This document shows positions 1 through 10,187 of a stretch of 64,000 nt of DNA, piece after piece. A program made the translations under genes and the position numbers. The number at the start of each line of letters is the position of its first letter. Position 1 is the first letter of the stretch. Source of the stretch: an uncultured delta proteobacterium (GTDB lineage: Bacteria > Desulfobacterota > Desulfobacteria > Desulfobacterales > UBA2156); assembly GCA_963736855.1 (NCBI GenBank), contig CAVTQK010000015.1:352001-416000 (forward strand), written 5' to 3'. The notes under the pieces are model-generated. The model saw only the letters and a program-made list of their open reading frames with translations, was not told the DNA's origin and did not search any database.

Positions 1-500
1 TGAGGAACAATTTCCTTGACATGGATGGCATCCCCGATATCCAAGGGCGCCACATCGATCTCGATGGAATCAGGAATCTCCATGGGCAGGCACAGGATTT
101 CAATCTCCCGCCGGATGATCTGAAGTATCCCGCCGTTTTCAACGCCCTTGGCCTTCCCTTTGGTTATCACCGGCACGCTTACTCGGATCTTTCGATTCAT
201 ATCGATCTCGTAGAAATCGATATGAAGAAAATTTCTCGATACCGGATCGCGTTGAATGTCTTTGATCATGACCGTCCGGGATGTGGTGCCTCCGTCTTGA
301 ATTGAAAGATTGAAAATCGATCGACCCGCCGATTTCCGCTTAAGTACTCGATCCAAGCTGCTGATCGAAATGGTCAATGGGACCGGTTGACTGCCAGGCC
401 CGTAAAGCACCGCAGGAAGCTTTCCCTCTCTCCGGAGTTTTCGGGCGACGCCCTTTCCGACCGCTGTTCTGGCGGTTGATGTCAATTCCAGTATTTCCAA
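1..500 (-). CDS. rplY: 50S ribosomal protein L25/Ctc (3' end runs off the window)
   Basis: Not in the ORF track. Manual translation from TTG at 500 gives MEILELTSTARTAVGKGVARKLRREGKLPAVLYGPG...LHIDFYEI; AAGGAGG RBS at about 508-514; usual position downstream of prs. Confidence 0.93.
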   Translation of the reverse strand, partial: MEILELTSTARTAVGKGVARKLRREGKLPAVLYGPGSQPVPLTISISSLDRVLKRKSAGRSIFNLSIQDGGTTSRTVMIKDIQRDPVSRNFLHIDFYEIDMNRKIRVSVPVITKGKAKGVENGGILQIIRREIEILCLPMEIPDSIEIDVAPLDIGDAIHVKEIVP

Positions 501-528
501 AAGTGAATCCTCCTTTTAATTCTTTTAC

Positions 529-1467
529 TTATACAAATAAAGATGTGACGGATTCTCCGGTATGGCTCCGGATGATCGCCTCGCCCACCAATTCCGCTAT
601 GGATAGCACTTGGATTTTTTTACACAAACGGGCGTTTTCATTCAGCGGAATGGTATCCGTTACGATCACGGTATTGATGCGGGATGTGTTAATACGATCC
701 ACTGCCGGTCCTGAAAGCACCGCGTGTGTACAGCAAGCATGCACCTCACGGGCGCCGTGATCCATCAAGGCGTATGCCGCCTCGGTCAGGGTTCCTGCTG
801 TGTCTACCATATCATCTACGATGATGGCGATCTTTTTCTTCACATCTCCGATGACAGCCATGGCTTTGGCCATACTGGGGGCATCCCTGCGCTTGTCGAC
901 GATGGCTAATCCCGCGTTGAGCCTTTTAGCAATGGCTCTGGCTCTTTCGGCGCCACCGGCATCCGGAGAAACAATGACGGCATCCTGATTAAAATTACCT
1001 TTTAAATAGTTGATGGTAACCGCAGCGGCAAAAAGGTTGTCCACCGGGATAGTAAAAAAACCCTGGATTTGGCCGGCGTGAAGGTCCGTTGTAATCAATC
1101 GGTTGGCCCCGGCCACAGTTATAAGATCTGCCACCAGCTTGGCACTGATGGGTACTCGCGGGGCCACCTTCTTGTCCTGACGAGCGTACCCATAATAAGG
1201 GATCACTGCCGTAATACGTCGGGCCGAAGATCGATTGAAGGCATCAATCATGAGGAGCAACTCAACGAGATTGTCGTTTACCGGAGGACAGGTGGACTGA
1301 ATCACAAAAATGTCTTTTAATCGGACGTTTTCCTGAATCTCGATTTGCACTTCTCCGTCGCTGAATCGCTTGACCTTTGCCCCACCGAGGGGAACTTTCA
1401 AGTATGCGCAGATTTTTTGCGCCAGTTCAGGATTGGAGTTTCCTGAAAATATTGCAAAATCATCCAT
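529..1467 (-). CDS. prs: Ribose-phosphate pyrophosphokinase
   Basis: [32 protein letters not shown] and [10 protein letters not shown] motifs. Confidence 0.98.
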   Translation of the reverse strand: MDDFAIFSGNSNPELAQKICAYLKVPLGGAKVKRFSDGEVQIEIQENVRLKDIFVIQSTCPPVNDNLVELLLMIDAFNRSSARRITAVIPYYGYARQDKKVAPRVPISAKLVADLITVAGANRLITTDLHAGQIQGFFTIPVDNLFAAAVTINYLKGNFNQDAVIVSPDAGGAERARAIAKRLNAGLAIVDKRRDAPSMAKAMAVIGDVKKKIAIIVDDMVDTAGTLTEAAYALMDHGAREVHACCTHAVLSGPAVDRINTSRINTVIVTDTIPLNENARLCKKIQVLSIAELVGEAIIRSHTGESVTSLFV

Positions 1468-1518
1468 CTAAGCCGCTTTCTTTCTCAGCATTCCCCGTAC
1501 CATGCCATTTAAAGGCGG

Positions 1519-1593
1519 TGGCTGGGGCGGGAGGATTCGAACCTCCGAATCCAGGAACCAAAATCCTGTGTCTTACCACTTGACGACGCCCCA
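1519..1593 (-). tRNA. tRNA-Gln(TTG)
   Basis: Reverse complement TGGGGCGTCGTCAAGTGGTAAGACACAGGATTTTGGTTCCTGGATTCGGAGGTTCGAATCCTCCCGCCCCAGCCA: cloverleaf, TTG anticodon, GTTCGAATC T-loop, CCA end; conserved ispE-tRNAGln-prs synteny. Confidence 0.97.
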
Positions 1594-1641
1594 ATTTGTA
1601 TACCCGTTGTGTCCAAATGTCCTCAGGAATTCCCACCTGCT

Positions 1642-2520
1642 TCATACGATCATTTCGGCAAGAAAAAAACTCCACCCGGGTCTATCTGTCAGGGTATTTT
1701 TCGCCTTCAAAGCCCTATCTCGGGTATCGAACAGTCCAAAGACGGTGGGACCGCTCCCTGTCATGAGCGCACCGATTGCACCCTGAATCATCAACGCTTC
1801 CTTCATGTGAGGCACTTGCTCATGGCGTTTCGCTGTCACCCGCTCCAAGTCGTTATAAAGATGGTGTCTGGGATCAAATTCGCCTTTTGTAAAAGGTATC
1901 TCTTTAGTTTTTCTTTCAGGTTTTGTCAATCCCAAATCTAATTCCTGAAAGATCTCGGCGGTGGACACGCTGAAACCCGGAAATATCAATATAAGAAAAA
2001 AAGGAGTCAGTCCGTCATATGCTTCGAGAATCTCACCGACACCGGTGGCCACGGCCGGTTTTCCATAAATAAAAAACGGGACATCCGCGCCGATGGAAAG
2101 CCCCGCGGCAAAAAGGTCGGACAAAGGGATCGCGTTTCCAAAGTGCCTGTTGAGACCTAAAAGGACCGATGCGGCGTTACTGCTTCCGCCCCCTAATCCG
2201 GCGCCCACCGGTATGCGCTTTTCGATAACGATCCGGACACCTCCCATCTCGCGCCGAACATCTTGGCCCACTCGATCCCAAAACGCTACTGCAGCCCGAT
2301 AGGCCAGGTTGGACTCATCCTGCGGAACACGCGCGTCATCGCAGGTCACGGAAAGCTCCCTCCCGCTGAAATCGAGCGTGAGCGTGTCGTAAAGATTCAC
2401 AGGGCACATGAGGGTCACCAGTTCGTGGTAACCGTCTGGACGCTTTCCGATAATATGTAAAAACAGGTTGATTTTGGCCGGTGACCGGATTTTCAGAGGC
2501 TTACCCTTTTTCCTTGACAT
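1642..2520 (-). CDS. ispE: 4-diphosphocytidyl-2-C-methyl-D-erythritol kinase
   Basis: PAKINLFL, IPVGAGLGGGSSNAA, GADVPFF and MTGSGPTVF (GHMP kinase motifs). Confidence 0.97.
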   Translation of the reverse strand: MSRKKGKPLKIRSPAKINLFLHIIGKRPDGYHELVTLMCPVNLYDTLTLDFSGRELSVTCDDARVPQDESNLAYRAAVAFWDRVGQDVRREMGGVRIVIEKRIPVGAGLGGGSSNAASVLLGLNRHFGNAIPLSDLFAAGLSIGADVPFFIYGKPAVATGVGEILEAYDGLTPFFLILIFPGFSVSTAEIFQELDLGLTKPERKTKEIPFTKGEFDPRHHLYNDLERVTAKRHEQVPHMKEALMIQGAIGALMTGSGPTVFGLFDTRDRALKAKNTLTDRPGWSFFLAEMIV

Positions 2521-2911
2521 ACATGAGTCTTAAATCATGGAGAATGTTTTTCAGAAGGCTCTCTTCATCCGCTTCCAGATTTCCCTGTGTCTTATTTTCA
2601 ATGATTCCTAAAATATCGATGGTTTGTTTCGCCAATCCCAAGCTCTTAGTTTTTTCTCCGGTTGCCGGATTCTCGATGATGCCCAAGTGTACCAGGGCTG
2701 AGGAATGTAACGAAAGAATGAAGGTGGCGAAATTAATCTCCGGCAGCTGGGGCTCCTTTTCCGGAACCATTTTGGAGTCAATAGCCCCGGGTCCCCGTTT
2801 AGCCTCTTTCTCGGGTTTTGCGGAAGTTTCGGTTTTTTTCTCTTCCCCGGGCTCCTCCTGGCTGGAAAACCTTCGGTCTTTGACGACAAAATCCTTTTTC
2901 TCTTCGGCCAT
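2501..2911 (-). CDS. DUF1844 family protein
   Basis: LPEINFATFILSL...ALVHLG...LAKQTIDILGIIENKTQGNL...LRLMYV pattern. Confidence 0.8.
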   Translation of the reverse strand: MAEEKKDFVVKDRRFSSQEEPGEEKKTETSAKPEKEAKRGPGAIDSKMVPEKEPQLPEINFATFILSLHSSALVHLGIIENPATGEKTKSLGLAKQTIDILGIIENKTQGNLEADEESLLKNILHDLRLMYVKEKG

Positions 2912-2981
2912 TTCCGATCTCCTATGCTGATCGCAGGTGGTGTTAGAAACTTGTATCTACACTCCAAAACCGCGTTTTTAT

Positions 2982-4562
2982 CTATAAAGAAAACGGGTAG
3001 ACCAAATTGATAAGCGGAAGAGACTTCAACTCTTCCAGAACGGAATCCGGAATCTGGGTGTCCGTCCTCAAATAAATGATATTATTATTTCCATATCGAT
3101 CTCGTCCGACCTGCATCTGGTTGATATTGATCTGATGTCTCCCCAAAGTCATTCCCACACTGCCGATGGCGCCCGGCTTGTCCTGATTATTGATCAGCAA
3201 CATATGACCCTCAGGGGTCAGCTCAAGACGGAAATCGTTGATTTTAACGATCCTAACATCCATTTTTCCGAAAATCGTTCCCGCAATCGTATTGGTTATT
3301 TCCGTGGAGACTGCTTTGACCGTGATCAGGTTGATGTAATCTTCCGCATCGGGACTGGTCGTTTCTTTGACCTTTATTCCTCGTTCTTTGGCAATTACCG
3401 GCGCATTGACGAAATTCACCGCATCCTTCACCATGGGTGTCAAAAGCCCTTTGAGGATCGATGTCGTGACAGGTGTAAGATCCAAATCCCGGAAATCTCC
3501 ATTGTAGACGATACCCACTTCCTGAATCGGGCCTTTGGTCAGCTGAGCCTGTAACATCCCCATTCGTTCTCCAAGGGTAAGAAATGGACCGAGCCGGACC
3601 AGGAGTTCCCCGGAAACAGAAGGAACATTCACCGCATTGACGATGGTATCATGTTTGAGATAGTCGATGATCTGTCTGACCACATCCACGGCCACATTTC
3701 TCTGCGCTTCCTCGGTCGAAGCGCCCAGATGCGGGGTTCCAATCACGCAATCCAATGTGAAAAGCGGTGAGTTTCCGGGGGGTTCGGTCTCGAAAACATC
3801 CAGGGCCGCACCGGCCACCTTACCGCTTTTAATGGCGTCAAACAGGTCCTTTTCGTTTACGATACCGCCTCGTGAGCAATTGATGACCATCACCCCGTCC
3901 TTCATCTTTGCAAAGGCGTCCTTATTGAGCAATCCCAGGGTGCTTTTCATCTTGGGGACGTGGACGGTAATATAATCGGCCTGTGGATACAACGATTCCA
4001 GGGTGACGGCCTCAAAACCATCGGCGCCGATGCGTGCCGGTGTAACATATGGATCATACACAACCACGCGCATTTTCAAACCCCTGGCTCGATCCGCGAC
4101 GATGGATCCGATTTTGCCATACCCGATCAACCCAAGGGTTTTATTGAAAATTTCCTTCCCCTGAAGTTTTTTCTTCTCCCACCGGCCATCTTTCAGGGAG
4201 GCGGTACCTTGGGGGATGTTGCGGGTGAGGGCGAGCATCATGGCGATGGCGTGTTCGGCGGTGGTGACGATATTCCCGGTGGGAGTATTCATTACCACGA
4301 TTCCTCTCTTGGTGGCGGTCGGTATGTCCACATTGTCCAGACCGATCCCGGCCCGGCCGATGACCTTCAACCGTGAAGCCGCCTGGATGATGTCTCCGGT
4401 CACCTTCGTGGCACTGCGGATAATCAATGCGTCGTATTGGCCGATAATCTCCTTCAACGCGTCCGGGGAAAGTCCTGTTTTGACATCCACTTCAATACCC
4501 TCTTCCGCTTTAAGCATATCGATTCCAGCCCCTCCCAGGTTGTCACTCACCAGTACTTTCAT
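2982..4562 (-). CDS. serA: D-3-phosphoglycerate dehydrogenase (long form with ACT domain)
   Basis: IGRAGIGLDNVD, GYGKIG, TPHLGAST and a C-terminal DKPGAIG ACT domain. Confidence 0.96.
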   Translation of the reverse strand: MKVLVSDNLGGAGIDMLKAEEGIEVDVKTGLSPDALKEIIGQYDALIIRSATKVTGDIIQAASRLKVIGRAGIGLDNVDIPTATKRGIVVMNTPTGNIVTTAEHAIAMMLALTRNIPQGTASLKDGRWEKKKLQGKEIFNKTLGLIGYGKIGSIVADRARGLKMRVVVYDPYVTPARIGADGFEAVTLESLYPQADYITVHVPKMKSTLGLLNKDAFAKMKDGVMVINCSRGGIVNEKDLFDAIKSGKVAGAALDVFETEPPGNSPLFTLDCVIGTPHLGASTEEAQRNVAVDVVRQIIDYLKHDTIVNAVNVPSVSGELLVRLGPFLTLGERMGMLQAQLTKGPIQEVGIVYNGDFRDLDLTPVTTSILKGLLTPMVKDAVNFVNAPVIAKERGIKVKETTSPDAEDYINLITVKAVSTEITNTIAGTIFGKMDVRIVKINDFRLELTPEGHMLLINNQDKPGAIGSVGMTLGRHQININQMQVGRDRYGNNNIIYLRTDTQIPDSVLEELKSLPLINLVYPFSL

Positions 4563-4869
4563 AGTCCCTCTCTTTTATTTCGGATTTTAGATTTGACACA
4601 TAACCCATTTTATTTAAGAAAAAATATCTGAAGATTCAATAGAATTTTGGATATCCTCATAAGCATCTCTGAAAGATGGCAACGAGGGTGTCTGTTCGCT
4701 ATCAGAAAGTAAACCCTGCAGTTGCATAAAAAACAGGATAAGGTATAGGAAAAAAGAATGATAACAGGGCATTTGAATACGTTTAGGCATGGTTCGCGAA
4801 TAAACTTTTAGTGACTTCTAAAATAAAGAAAAAATTTGTCAGGCTTTTACAACAACAGGGTAAGTCCCG

Positions 4870-5586
4870 ATGAAAACGCAACATGAAGATTTCGTCTCAT
4901 GGCCTCCTTTGGTTACCGGCACTTTGATCCGCAGATATCAACGCTTTTTGGCCGACGTGACCCTTGATGACGGCCGAACCGTCACCGCTCATTGTGCCAA
5001 CTCAGGGAGCATGAAAGGGTGTTCGGATCCCGGAAGCCCCGTTTATTTATCGGTATGCGACAACCCAAAACGGAAATTGAAATACACATGGGAACTCATC
5101 CGAATGCCGGGCACCCTCGTCGGAGTGAACACCCTGATCCCTAATCGGCTTGTGCCCCTGGCCATAAAGGCCGGTGGGATCGAAGCCCTGAAAGGATATG
5201 ACCGCATTACTCCCGAAGTTCGGGCATTCTCTTCCCGAATCGACCTTCTCCTGGAAAAGGAATCGCATCCGAAATGTTTCGTGGAAATTAAAAATTGCAC
5301 CCTGGTTCAAGACGGGATCGCAGCATTTCCGGATGCCGTCACCGAAAGAGGTCGAAAACATCTGAATACGCTTCAGACGCTGATCCGTCAAGGGAATCGT
5401 TGTGTCATTTTTTTTCTCGTTCAAAGAACAGATGCCCGCAAATTTCAACCTGCGGACTGGATTGACCCAGTATACGGAGAAACCCTTCGTACCGCCCATG
5501 CCGACGGTGTTGAAATCCTGATTTATGATGTCAAGATCAATCTGAAGAAAATCGCTTTGAAAGGCCCGCTTCCTTACTGTCTATAA
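4870..5586 (+). CDS. sfsA: DNA/RNA nuclease SfsA
   Basis: RRYQRFLADV, AHCANSGSMKGC, VEIKNCTL and FPDAVTERGRKHL. Confidence 0.95.
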   Translation: MKTQHEDFVSWPPLVTGTLIRRYQRFLADVTLDDGRTVTAHCANSGSMKGCSDPGSPVYLSVCDNPKRKLKYTWELIRMPGTLVGVNTLIPNRLVPLAIKAGGIEALKGYDRITPEVRAFSSRIDLLLEKESHPKCFVEIKNCTLVQDGIAAFPDAVTERGRKHLNTLQTLIRQGNRCVIFFLVQRTDARKFQPADWIDPVYGETLRTAHADGVEILIYDVKINLKKIALKGPLPYCL

Positions 5587-5835
5587 ACTATCCTGCTTTT
5601 TCTCATTTATTTTCTCCCGATAAATGCGCTTTTCAGCTTTCAGACTGTTTCCTTAACGGTACGTCGATATCGTTGCGTTTGACTTTAATAGCCTGTTGAG
5701 ATATATTATTAAAGATAAAATCAGCATTCTCGACCGAAAACATCTATTAGTAGAATATAGCACAAACTTGTCTTGGTTTCTCCTTTATAACGTATCATGC
5801 TGTAGGAAAAATGGTCTTTTGAGAAAGGCCCTGCT

Positions 5836-7170
5836 TTGAGTATCGATCGGTTCATATCCAGTCGAAAAACCCTGGAACGGGTTTTGGATAACCTCAAGGA
5901 AGGAATCATCGCCCACGACTTGAAACGGCGGATTCTGTTTTTTAATAAAGAAGCCGAACGGGTTACCGGGTTTTCCCGGGAAGAAGTCCTGGGAAAAGAC
6001 TGCCACGAGGCGTTCGGAGGGCCTTTTTGCGGGGAGCATTGCGCCTTTCTTTTTGAAAATCCCACCCTATTCGATCGGAACGAATACACGCTTCATATCA
6101 CCACTAAAACTGGTGAGATCCGGGTGATCGACATGAGCGTTTCCGGCATGGACGACGGAAATGGAGACTTTTTCGGAGTCCTGGCTTCTTTTCAAGACAC
6201 GACGAACCTAGTGGATCTTCAGATGAAAACCGGAAGGCTGACCGGTTTTTCCGGCATCATCGGAAACCACCCCAAGATGTTGCAGGTTTTTCAGCAAATC
6301 CGGAATGTTGCGGGATACGACTATCCGGTGAACATCTATGGGGAAACGGGCACGGGAAAAGAACGGGTGGCTTCGGCCATCCACCAGGAAAGTCAACGGG
6401 GCAATAAACCCTTTGTACCCATCAACTGCGGAGCCATTCCGGAAGGGCTCATCGAGAGCGAGCTTTTCGGGCACATCAGGGGAGCGTTTTCCGGGGCCAT
6501 CCGGGACAAAAAAGGCCGCTTAGAGCTGGCAAACGGCGGCACTCTTTTTTTGGACGAAATATCGGAACTGTCCAAACCCATGCAGGTCAAGTTATTGCGG
6601 TTTTTACAGGAAGGAACCATCGAAAAAGTCGGGGCGGAAAAAACGACCGTCGTGGATGTACGGGTTATCAGCGCCACCAATGTCGACCTCAAGCAAGCGG
6701 TCTTGAAAAAAACATTCCGTGAAGATTTGTATTACCGACTCAATGTGATTCCCATTCATATCCCCCCCTTAAGGGAACGAAAGACCGATATTCCGCTTCT
6801 GATCGAACATTTCCTCAAGGAAGCCTCTCAAACCTATTCCCAAAGCCGGCTTAGGGTTTCACGGAGAGCGCTGTCCTGTATGATGGACTATGACTGGCCC
6901 GGAAATGTCAGAGAACTCCAGAACGCGGTCCAGTTTGCTATCGTCAAATGCAACGGCACAGAAATCCGGCTCGGAGATCTCCCCTTGGAGCTGAAAGACG
7001 GCAAATCCAGGACAATGCGGCGGGGCCCCGCTCGGAAACTGGATGTGTCTCAGGTACGCCATGCCCTCAAACAGGTGGCCGGAAACAAATCCAGGGCTGC
7101 CACCCTCCTGGGTGTAAGCCGAGCTACTCTTTATCGTTTTCTGGACCGTTACCCGAATATTTCTCACTAA
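5836..7170 (+). CDS. PAS-domain sigma54-dependent activator (bEBP) with OrpR-like C-x8-C-x3-C motif
   Basis: PAS domain with CHEAFGGPFCGEHC; GETGTGKE, GAFSGA, LFLDEI, WPGNVREL; C-terminal HTH. Confidence 0.9.
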   Translation: MSIDRFISSRKTLERVLDNLKEGIIAHDLKRRILFFNKEAERVTGFSREEVLGKDCHEAFGGPFCGEHCAFLFENPTLFDRNEYTLHITTKTGEIRVIDMSVSGMDDGNGDFFGVLASFQDTTNLVDLQMKTGRLTGFSGIIGNHPKMLQVFQQIRNVAGYDYPVNIYGETGTGKERVASAIHQESQRGNKPFVPINCGAIPEGLIESELFGHIRGAFSGAIRDKKGRLELANGGTLFLDEISELSKPMQVKLLRFLQEGTIEKVGAEKTTVVDVRVISATNVDLKQAVLKKTFREDLYYRLNVIPIHIPPLRERKTDIPLLIEHFLKEASQTYSQSRLRVSRRALSCMMDYDWPGNVRELQNAVQFAIVKCNGTEIRLGDLPLELKDGKSRTMRRGPARKLDVSQVRHALKQVAGNKSRAATLLGVSRATLYRFLDRYPNISH

Positions 7171-7177
7171 CCGGAAA

Positions 7178-7211
7178 AACAAAGGGCCTCCCCTAAAGGA
7201 CGCCCTTTGTT
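7178..7211. terminator. Hairpin between the convergent bEBP and cooS genes (probable bidirectional terminator)
   Basis: AACAAAGGGC...GCCCTTTGTT inverted repeat between two convergent stop codons. Confidence 0.6.
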
Positions 7212-7234
7212 CTATCAATTCAAGTCCAGACGCC

Positions 7235-9205
7235 TTAGGCCACTTCAAGCTTCTGTCGATCGGCCATATCCATAAGGACCCGGTCCCTGGCTTTGTCAAT
7301 GCCCAGGGCTTTTCGCTTTTTATCGATGTGTTCGATCATCATCCGGGCCATTTCATACGGATCCGGCGTGAACCCCCACTTACCCAGGCCCTGTTTTTCC
7401 AGCCCGTTAAAAAGCAGATCGTAAAATTTTGTATTTTCAACGATGGGGAACGTTACACCAAAAACGGTGAAGACCCCGGAGGCGACAAAATATTGACCGA
7501 TACTGATCGCTTTTTCACTCATCCACTCCGGAGCCGCCCCGGCCACCGGCAGATCAGCGATGCTGTTTCCCAACCCGCCTGTCTTTACCATTTCTGCGCA
7601 CGCGATCAGGATCCGGCTGTTATCCACACAGGAGCCGATACCGAGTACCGGAGGCATTCCGACGGTTTCGCAGACTTCACGAAGGCCGGGGCCGGCCAGG
7701 ACCGCCGACTCGGGCGTCGTGAGACCTGCCTTGGCTAAAGCGATCTGGGAACAACCGGTCTGAACCACCAGGACATCGTTTTTAATCAATTCTTTGACCA
7801 GTTCCACATGCACATAATCTTGTTTCACCCGAGGGTTGGTGCATCCCACCACGCCGGCCACACCGCGGATCCGTCCATTGATGATATTGTCGTTCAAGGG
7901 TGTGTAGGAAGACCGGAACGTTCCGCCCAGCATGTACTGAATATATTCATGAGAAAAACCGTGTACACCGATATCGCGTCTCTTGGGAATTTCAATCTTG
8001 GCCTTTCGGTTTTTGAACCGGGTTATGGCCTTGATGACTACTTCATCGGTGCATCTCTTGGGGTCATGTTCGTGAAATTCGATGTGAGTCGCCCCTTCGA
8101 TATGGCATCTCGGGTTCGTGGTAATCAGGTAGGTCCCGTAACAGTCGGCCACTTTTGCAAGCCCTTGTTTAATGCACTGAACGTCCACACACATGACATC
8201 CACGGCCCCGGTAATCAGCACCGCCTCGGTGGACATGAAATTGCCGGCGTGCGGAATACCGTGCCTCACCAAAACCTCCGCTCCGGAACAGCACATTCCG
8301 ACAAGGTTGATCCCTTTGGCCCCGGCCTTTTTTGCCTCTTCGAGCAGGGATGGTTCCCGGACCGATTCGATCATCGACTCGAATAAATTGGGTTCATGAC
8401 CATGGATAATGACGTTGACATGATCCTCCTTGAGAACACCCATATTGACTTCGATGGAAACCGGTGAAGGAGTACCGAAAAGGATGTCCGAAATCTCGGT
8501 TGCCACCATTGAACCGCCCCAACCGTCCGCTAGTGCGGTTCGACTGCACTGTTTGGTCATGTTCTCATAGTGCTGGTCGACCCCCATGTGGGTTCGGTGC
8601 ATGATTTCCATGATCTCTCTCATGGCACCCCTTGGGACGATGCCGAGTTTTCTCCAGGTTTCGAGAGTTTTTTCCGGCACCCGATTGACAAATGGAATCT
8701 CTCCTTCAACTTGAGTATAGGTTCGCTCCAACTCTTTATATAGATCCTTTGCGATATCAATAACTTCCCGCCCTTCGGTTTCGATGCCGACCGACTTGGC
8801 CACTTCCTCAAGTTTAACGGTGTCTTTAATTTTGTAATCTTGAATTTTTCCATTGACGACGTCACGGAAAAGGTCGAGCATGCTCATCCCGTGATCCGTA
8901 TGAGCTGCACATCCCGCAGCCACCATCCGGGCGAAATTCCTCGACATGATGGTATCGATGGTTGCCCCGCAGACTCCGACTTTGCTGTAGGGATCCTTGG
9001 CATTCAGCCTGCAGGGTCCCATGGAACAATGCTTACAGCAGGCAGAATCCGCCCCGATGGGGCAAGCCTTCATGCTTGCCGCCCTGTGAAATGCGGTTTC
9101 AACGCCGTCTCTTTCCGCTTTATCCAGCATTTGGGCAGTGGCTTCACATGTGGTAACATCCCTGATGTTAATTAATTCTTTTTTTTCCTTTTTTTCTTTC
9201 TCCAT
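7235..9205 (-). CDS. cooS: Anaerobic Ni,Fe carbon monoxide dehydrogenase catalytic subunit
   Basis: CPIG...CCKHCSMGPC (D/B clusters); C-cluster ligands in HGHEP, GMCCSG, DVQCI, VVGCTN, TGCS and GSCVDN; EKA. Confidence 0.96.
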   Translation of the reverse strand: MEKEKKEKKELINIRDVTTCEATAQMLDKAERDGVETAFHRAASMKACPIGADSACCKHCSMGPCRLNAKDPYSKVGVCGATIDTIMSRNFARMVAAGCAAHTDHGMSMLDLFRDVVNGKIQDYKIKDTVKLEEVAKSVGIETEGREVIDIAKDLYKELERTYTQVEGEIPFVNRVPEKTLETWRKLGIVPRGAMREIMEIMHRTHMGVDQHYENMTKQCSRTALADGWGGSMVATEISDILFGTPSPVSIEVNMGVLKEDHVNVIIHGHEPNLFESMIESVREPSLLEEAKKAGAKGINLVGMCCSGAEVLVRHGIPHAGNFMSTEAVLITGAVDVMCVDVQCIKQGLAKVADCYGTYLITTNPRCHIEGATHIEFHEHDPKRCTDEVVIKAITRFKNRKAKIEIPKRRDIGVHGFSHEYIQYMLGGTFRSSYTPLNDNIINGRIRGVAGVVGCTNPRVKQDYVHVELVKELIKNDVLVVQTGCSQIALAKAGLTTPESAVLAGPGLREVCETVGMPPVLGIGSCVDNSRILIACAEMVKTGGLGNSIADLPVAGAAPEWMSEKAISIGQYFVASGVFTVFGVTFPIVENTKFYDLLFNGLEKQGLGKWGFTPDPYEMARMMIEHIDKKRKALGIDKARDRVLMDMADRQKLEVA

Positions 9206-9321
9206 GTTTCCTCCATAGATAAGGTCGGTTTGAATTCGGGTTTAGCACCTGCAAGAAGAGCATGACAGCCGCTTACGTATTGTCCTGTTGAAAACGAAAC
9301 TGTGAAAAAGAACTTTTACCC

Positions 9322-9377
9322 TTGACAATTAATAATAATTACTAATAACATTATTGCTCAAGGAATCTTTTGTCAAG
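9322..9377. promoter_or_regulatory. Overlapping opposed sigma70-like promoters containing a Fur/PerR-like 19-bp palindrome (9328-9346)
   Basis: TTGACA on + at 9322 and TTGACA on - ending at about 9377; ATTAATAAT-A-ATTACTAAT matches its own reverse complement at 16 of 19 positions. Confidence 0.55.
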
Positions 9378-9602
9378 AAGATTCGAAGCAGAAAATTTTA
9401 GCGCCCTGATTCAATTCGACAGAGAATGTGGGTTTGTTTAAGTCACAACCATTTTAATTTTCGATGCTTTCGTGAACCCGGTTAGCTCGCCTCATTGAAA
9501 AGATACCCTATAAAAGATTGTGAAATGATAAGATTTGTGAAAAAATCTTTTAAATCGGTTTAAAAAAAGGACCACAAAGAGATCACTGAAAGGAGGAAAA
9601 AT

Positions 9603-10187
9603 ATGAAACGTTTTTTGGCATCTCTCATTGCCGCATGTTTTTTCTTTGCGACCGGCTCGGCAGCATCGGAATCCCAAGGGCCTGCAGTGGGCCAGGCGCT
9701 CCCCGATTTCAATCTGAGGGTTCCGGACAATGCAAAATTACGTTCTTATTTGGGGGTTGAAGGAAAAACCACTTTTACAATACCGGATATCCAATCAGAA
9801 ATTGTTATTATTGAAATTTTTAGCATGTACTGACCGTTCTGTCAGAGGGAGGCTCCCTCTATCAATCGTTTTTTCGAGATGATCAACATCGATACGTCTC
9901 TTAAAAATAAGATGAAGTTTATCGGTATCGGGGCTGGTAACAGCGCCGCCGAGGTGGAAGTGTTTCGCAAAAAGTATCAGGTTCCTTTTCCTCTTTTCGA
10001 AGACGGGGATTTTACCATCCATAAAAAAATCGGAGAAGTGCGAACCCCCTACTTCATCGGCGTCCGAAAAAATCCAGATGGAACCCATTCGGTCTTTTAT
10101 TCTAAACTCGGAGGATTCGAAAGCCCTGAAAAATTCTTGAACCGGATCCTTGAGGCAGCCGGTATCCGGAAAGGAGGTACTTCATGA
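9603..10187 (+). CDS. Probable selenoprotein: exported TlpA/redoxin-family thioredoxin-fold protein with UxxC motif (TGA 9831-9833 read as Sec)
   Basis: ORFs 9603-9833 and 9879-10187 are in frame; readthrough gives [16 protein letters not shown]; hairpin AGAGGGA-GGC-TCCCTCT at 9844-9860; N-terminal signal peptide. Confidence 0.85.

Noticed and set aside
9517..9552. TTGTGAAA direct repeats as a Rex operator
   Set aside because: Only half-sites are present; the inverted TTCACAA half is missing.
9603..10187. Calling the split redoxin (and the YeeE gene at 30239-30766) a nonsense pseudogene
   Set aside because: In both genes the TGA sits at the conserved Cys position, the frame continues intact and a SECIS-like hairpin follows.
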